DNA from: Dehalococcoidia bacterium
GTDB lineage: Bacteria; Chloroflexota; Dehalococcoidia; DSTF01; JACRBR01
Reading direction: 5' to 3'
Length of the DNA stretch: 20,000 bases
NCBI GenBank assembly: GCA_041494685.1
Contig: JBGQBE010000012.1
Span: 55,031 to 75,030, forward strand
The translations under genes and the position numbers were made by a program. The notes under the pieces were generated by a model. The model was not told the origin of the DNA. It did no database searches and saw nothing but the letters and a program-made list of their open reading frames with translations. Within the stretch, counting starts at the first letter, position 1. Every line of letters begins with the position of its first letter. Of the stretch, positions 16,263 through 20,000 are shown piece by piece.

Positions 16263-17488
16263 ATCGCCGCCCCCTTCGCGGGCATCGCGCGCAGCAGTTG
16301 CCGCCGCATCCGCTCGAGCGCGAACGCGACGCCGAGCAGCAGCGCGCCGCCGATCATGAAGAACGCCGATCCGGCCAGCAGCGACCAGAACACGTCCACG
16401 TAGCGCGTCAGCAGCCCCAGCGCGACCACCGCCAGCCCGAAGTTGATGTAGCGCTCGTCGCCGCGCAGGAAGCCGCGCGTCACCAGCCCGCCCGCAACCG
16501 CGAAGTAGACGGCGTTGAAGACGATCGCGTAGCCGGTCCACGCCGGCCACGTCGCGACCACGCAGGCGATCGCCAGCAGCGCCGCCTGCGCGCCCGCGTC
16601 TACCTGCGACTCGACGTCGCGCGGCCGCAGCCACCACTCCGCGACCACCACCACCAGCGCCAGCCCGATCGACACGTAGACGATCGGCGGCGCCGAGTAC
16701 GACGTCACGTCGGCGTCGATCATCGCCGACCACGGCTCGTCGAACGTGAACACGTACACCAGGCCCAGCAGCACCAGCAGCCCGGAGAACGCATACGTCT
16801 CGCTGAAGTGCGCCAGCGTCTTGTGCAGCGCGTGCAGTCGGCCGATCGCGTACAGCGCGACGCCCAGCACCGCGATCACGACGAGCACCGACTCCGTCTT
16901 CGGCGAGTCCGGGTAGCGCGTGACGAGTTCAAAGATCGCACAGGAGGTCGCGTTCGCCAGCGCTAGCAGCATGATGATCCGCGAGCCGAACAGGTACGCC
17001 ATCGGGAACGCGCCGGCCGCCGCGAGCAGCAGCAGGGTCGGGGATGGCACCTCACAGCCTCCCGTGCCTCCCGTACACACAGGCATGCTGTAGATCTGCG
17101 CCAGCAGGAACAGTCCCGCCTCGAACAGCAGCACCCCCAGCAGCAGCAGCGCGCTGCCCAGCCGCTGCATCCCGTAGCGATAGATCAGCGCATAGCCCGC
17201 CGAGTACGCCACCGCGACGCCCGCGAACACCGCCCCCGCACGGAACCATGACGGCATCGTGTCCCACTGCGACGCGAAAAACAGCACCACGCCCGCCGCC
17301 AGCACGATCGCGCCGACGACGGACACGGCTGTCGCGAACCAGCCCAGCCGCAGCGCGCGGATCGCCCGCGCGCCCTCCATCCCGTAGCGGGCGAGGATCG
17401 CGCGCTCCTGCTCCCCGGTGATGATGCCGCTCTCGCGCCAGCCTACGGCGTCGCGCGCCAGCCGCTCGCGGTACTCCTCTTCGTCCAT
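16259..17488 (-). CDS. DUF2157-domain integral membrane protein (409 aa)
   Basis: WRESGIITGEQERAILARY N-terminus, GVVLFFASQW..MP, LFLLAQIY, many TM helices, RYVDVFWSLL.GS.FF..GG C-terminus. Paired with the GDYXXLXY gene. Confidence 0.85.
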   Translation of the reverse strand: MDEEEYRERLARDAVGWRESGIITGEQERAILARYGMEGARAIRALRLGWFATAVSVVGAIVLAAGVVLFFASQWDTMPSWFRAGAVFAGVAVAYSAGYALIYRYGMQRLGSALLLLGVLLFEAGLFLLAQIYSMPVCTGGTGGCEVPSPTLLLLAAAGAFPMAYLFGSRIIMLLALANATSCAIFELVTRYPDSPKTESVLVVIAVLGVALYAIGRLHALHKTLAHFSETYAFSGLLVLLGLVYVFTFDEPWSAMIDADVTSYSAPPIVYVSIGLALVVVVAEWWLRPRDVESQVDAGAQAALLAIACVVATWPAWTGYAIVFNAVYFAVAGGLVTRGFLRGDERYINFGLAVVALGLLTRYVDVFWSLLAGSAFFMIGGALLLGVAFALERMRRQLLRAMPAKGAAI

Positions 17489-17643
17489 GGCTCTAGTATG
17501 CGTGCGGCCAGCGAAGATAGCGAGATGCGAATGAACTAGCCACTCGGCACCAAATGCACTATTTCGGTCGGCCGTGCAATATTCGCCCGCGCGTGTGTCG
17601 TGCTCTGCATTCAGCGCTGAGGTGGAGGAGGTCTGGATGGGCT

Positions 17644-18558
17644 TCAGGCAGGGCCCAACATTCCGACGAAATCGTGCTCGGAAATGATCTCGATGTCGGC
17701 GCCGACCGCGCGCAGCTGCTGAGCCTTCCGCAGCTTCGTACTGCTCTGGCCGTCCGTGAAGCGACTGAAATCCTGATCACCAACGACAAGGATGTTCACG
17801 GCCCTATTCACGGACGTTGCACACTGGCCGCCCGCATTCACGACGTGCTGCATCGCCTCGTTGCGAACCATGCTTCGTAGTGTTCCCGTAAACGCCACGG
17901 TAGTACCGAAGAGATGGCTATCTACGTCGAACGCGTCGGTCTGCGGAGCGAACCGCTTCGCACTGTGAGAATCGGGCTTTACCCGGCATGGTTCGTACTC
18001 GCCGGGAGAGAGGCTCCCGGGAAGAACGCCCAGCGTGCCAGCGACGGCCAGCAGATCTGTGGCTCGAATAGCGTCACAACAACGCAGCGATACACCCGCG
18101 CACGCGGCCGCGTCCTCCTCCGCGTCATGGTGTCGAAACGTGATCCCACACTTGTTGGCGATGAACGACAAGCTGTAGCTGGCGAGGTCGGGCCACACTC
18201 TCTTGGCGAGAAGTCTCGTGCAGAACATCTGGACATTGGGATATTGAATGGAGTAATGGTCCAAGCAGTGCCGCAGCACGCTCATGTCGAAGCTCGCGTT
18301 GTGCGCAACAAGGGGATGTCCCCGCATGAATCGCTGCACGTCCGGCCATATGGCAGCGAAGTTCGGCGCGGATGCAACGTCCGCTTCCGTGATACCGTGA
18401 ATCATCACGTTGTAAGGGTTGAAGTCGAGTACTGGCGGTCGGATGAGCCATGATCGTCGGTCAGCGATCTTGCCGTTCTCGACTAGCGCTACGCCTAGCG
18501 CGCACGCGCTGTTCCGCGTCTCGTTGGCCGTCTCGAAGTCGATAGCCACCCAAGGCAT
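17644..18558 (-). CDS. DEDDh 3'-5' exonuclease (DnaQ/epsilon-like) with C-terminal BRCT domain (304 aa)
   Basis: ExoI VAIDFETAN, ExoII LVAHNASFDM, ExoIII HHDAEEDA; BRCT FGTTVAFTGTL..MVRNEA...V.NAGG....SV.RAVNILVVG...SSTKLRKA...IISEHDF. AAGGAGG RBS. Confidence 0.92.
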   Translation of the reverse strand: MPWVAIDFETANETRNSACALGVALVENGKIADRRSWLIRPPVLDFNPYNVMIHGITEADVASAPNFAAIWPDVQRFMRGHPLVAHNASFDMSVLRHCLDHYSIQYPNVQMFCTRLLAKRVWPDLASYSLSFIANKCGITFRHHDAEEDAAACAGVSLRCCDAIRATDLLAVAGTLGVLPGSLSPGEYEPCRVKPDSHSAKRFAPQTDAFDVDSHLFGTTVAFTGTLRSMVRNEAMQHVVNAGGQCATSVNRAVNILVVGDQDFSRFTDGQSSTKLRKAQQLRAVGADIEIISEHDFVGMLGPA

Positions 18559-18641
18559 TGATCCTCCTTCACCCTTGGCCCGCCGGAAGGTCGAGAACGG
18601 ATATCCGCTGTTCTGGAATTCAACGGACAGCTATTACCCTT

Positions 18642-18670
18642 ATTATATCGTCATCGAAACGCCTATTGAA
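18642..18670 (-). promoter_or_regulatory. Sigma-70 promoter of the exonuclease-BRCT gene
   Basis: Minus strand TTCAAT (18670-18665)-N17-TATAAT (18647-18642) in an AT-rich patch. Confidence 0.7.
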
Positions 18671-18675
18671 TGAGG

Positions 18676-18765
18676 TTATCTTCTTCTTCGCGACGCCGCT
18701 CCCGGCCCGGCCGCGGCCTCCAGCGCCTGCGCCAGCGCTTCGCGCCAGCGGTCGCCCGCGATCTG
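18676..18765 (-). pseudogene. Diverged duplicate fragment of the mfd 3' end
   Basis: 18713-18759 matches 19073-19119 at 41/47 nt (offset 360). Translates as QIAGDRWREALAQALEAAAGPGAASRRRR*, versus Mfd EVAGDRWREILLQALEAAAGADLVA*. No start codon: an in-frame stop lies at 18793-18795. Confidence 0.8.
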
Positions 18766-19047
18766 ATGTCGGCGCTCTACTACCTCGTGTGCTCAGCCCC
18801 CTTGTCCCGCCGAGTACCTGAAGCGTGACGCGGCCCGCTTGGAGATCGTCCGGGGCACCCGGCACAATCGTCCGGCGCAAGGTGCGCGCCCGCCGCCCGG
18901 CGGCCCGGTTGCGGAGCTCGCTGCGGCCGAAACAGGCGAAAGTGCCGAGCAAACTCAGGAGGATAGGCCTCGCGGAAAACATCGAAATTACAAAACAGTA
19001 CCCCCCGCAGATTCGAAAAGGATGACATAACGCGCGCAGTGCCGTCG

Positions 19048-20000
19048 CTACGCCACCAGATCCGCCCCCGCGGCGGCCTCCAGCGCCTGCAGCAGGATCT
19101 CGCGCCAGCGGTCGCCCGCCACCTCCGTATCGATGCGGATCTGCTGATGCCCGACGGTCACGCCGTCCGCGCGCTCCAGCTCGCGCCGCGCCGCCGGGGC
19201 CATCTGCGCGCGCACGTCGTAGCCGTCGGTCGTGCGCAGCGAGAGCACCGGCCTCCCCGCCGGCCCCTCCTCGCGCGCGATCGAGGCCACGTGCGCGCGC
19301 TTCGCCAGCACCCGCAGCCGCACGATGTAGAGCAGATTGCGCACGGGCGTCGGCGGCGGCCCGAAGCGGTCCTGGAACTCGCGCTCCAGCGTCTCCGCCG
19401 CGTCCAGCGCCTCGGCCGTCGCCATGCGCTGGTACAGCGACAGCCGCAGGTTCAGGTCGCCGACGTAGCTCTCCGGGATGAACGCCGCGATCGGCACGTC
19501 GATCACGACCGCCGGCGCGATCGACGACGGCGGCGGCGGCTCCCCCTTCGCCACCGCCTTCATCGCCTGCACGGCGTCCGCCAGCAGGCGCACGTACAGG
19601 TCGAAGCCGACGGTGCCGATCTGGCCGCTCTGCTCGGCGCCCAGCAGGTTGCCGGCGCCGCGGATCTCCAGGTCCCGCAGCGCGATCTGGAAGCCCGCGC
19701 CCAGCTCCGTCGCCTCGAAGATCGTCTGCAGGCGCTTCTGCGCGACCTCGCTCAGTGCGCGGTGCTTCTCGTACAGCAGGTAGGCGTACGCGCGCGCCGC
19801 CCCGCGTCCGACGCGGCCGCGCAGCTGGTAGAGCTGCGCCAGGCCGAACTTGTCGGCGTTGTTGATGATGATCGTGTTCACGTTCGGGATGTCCAGCCCC
19901 GACTCGATGATCGTCGTGCACACCAGCACGTCCAGGTCCTGGTTCACCAGGCGGAGCATCGTCCGCTCCAGTTGGCCGGAACCCATCTGTCCGTGCGCGA
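19048..20000 (-). CDS. mfd: Transcription-repair coupling factor Mfd, C-terminal part (continues beyond the window)
   Basis: AHGQM...LVCTTIIESGLDIPNVNTIII..ADKFGLAQLYQLRGRVGR...ELGAGFQIALRDLEIRGAGNLLG.EQSG; TRCF domain FIPESYV....RLSLYQR...DRFGPPP. Confidence 0.97.
   Translation of the reverse strand, partial: AHGQMGSGQLERTMLRLVNQDLDVLVCTTIIESGLDIPNVNTIIINNADKFGLAQLYQLRGRVGRGAARAYAYLLYEKHRALSEVAQKRLQTIFEATELGAGFQIALRDLEIRGAGNLLGAEQSGQIGTVGFDLYVRLLADAVQAMKAVAKGEPPPPSSIAPAVVIDVPIAAFIPESYVGDLNLRLSLYQRMATAEALDAAETLEREFQDRFGPPPTPVRNLLYIVRLRVLAKRAHVASIAREEGPAGRPVLSLRTTDGYDVRAQMAPAARRELERADGVTVGHQQIRIDTEVAGDRWREILLQALEAAAGADLVA

Noticed and set aside
16263..16733. N-terminal half of the 335-aa ORF 15726-16733
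   Set aside because: It overlaps DUF2157 out of frame; the GDYXXLXY protein starts at ATG 16262.
17515..17590. Small ORF MQSTTHARANIARPTEIVHLVPSG on the minus strand
   Set aside because: No RBS, no recognisable motif, and too short to support from sequence alone.
18594..18614. LexA box upstream of the exonuclease-BRCT gene
   Set aside because: AGAAC and GTTCT are 11 nt apart, not 4; kept only as an unexplained palindrome.
18620..19921. 433-aa minus-strand ORF spanning both mfd tails
   Set aside because: It is an alternate frame of mfd with low-complexity composition and no RBS or motif support.

Overview
High-GC bacterial window. The RpoD architecture, PT-rich secreted proteins and LexA-box type suggest Chloroflexota, probably Dehalococcoidia-like (inference). 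Gene order: partial SH3b+CARDB secreted protein; DinB-family gene-dnaG-rpoD operon; FmdB zinc ribbon; Zn-dependent MDR dehydrogenase (-); class II B12-dependent ribonucleotide reductase nrdJ (-) with a 374-aa LAGLIDADG intein; Thr/Pro-rich LPNTG surface protein; ABM / APH-kinase / DUF6285 cluster (LvaAB-like); a translationally coupled DUF488-DUF488-dual-OB operon (-); DUF2157 + GDYXXLXY pair (-); DEDDh exonuclease-BRCT gene (-); 3' part of mfd (-). Most notable: (1) the DUF488/DUF488/dual-OB operon has a leaderless-type promoter overlapped by a near-consensus LexA box, making it a candidate SOS-inducible DNA-lesion or conflict system; (2) the nrdJ intein ends in Ala-Gln instead of His-Asn, next to the catalytic thiyl Cys; (3) a diverged copy of the mfd 3' end lies exactly 360 bp away, resembling an integration scar; (4) several genes show -10-N6/7-start leaderless architecture; (5) heptamer and REP-like intergenic repeats. 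All family calls come from reading motifs by eye; no database search was run.
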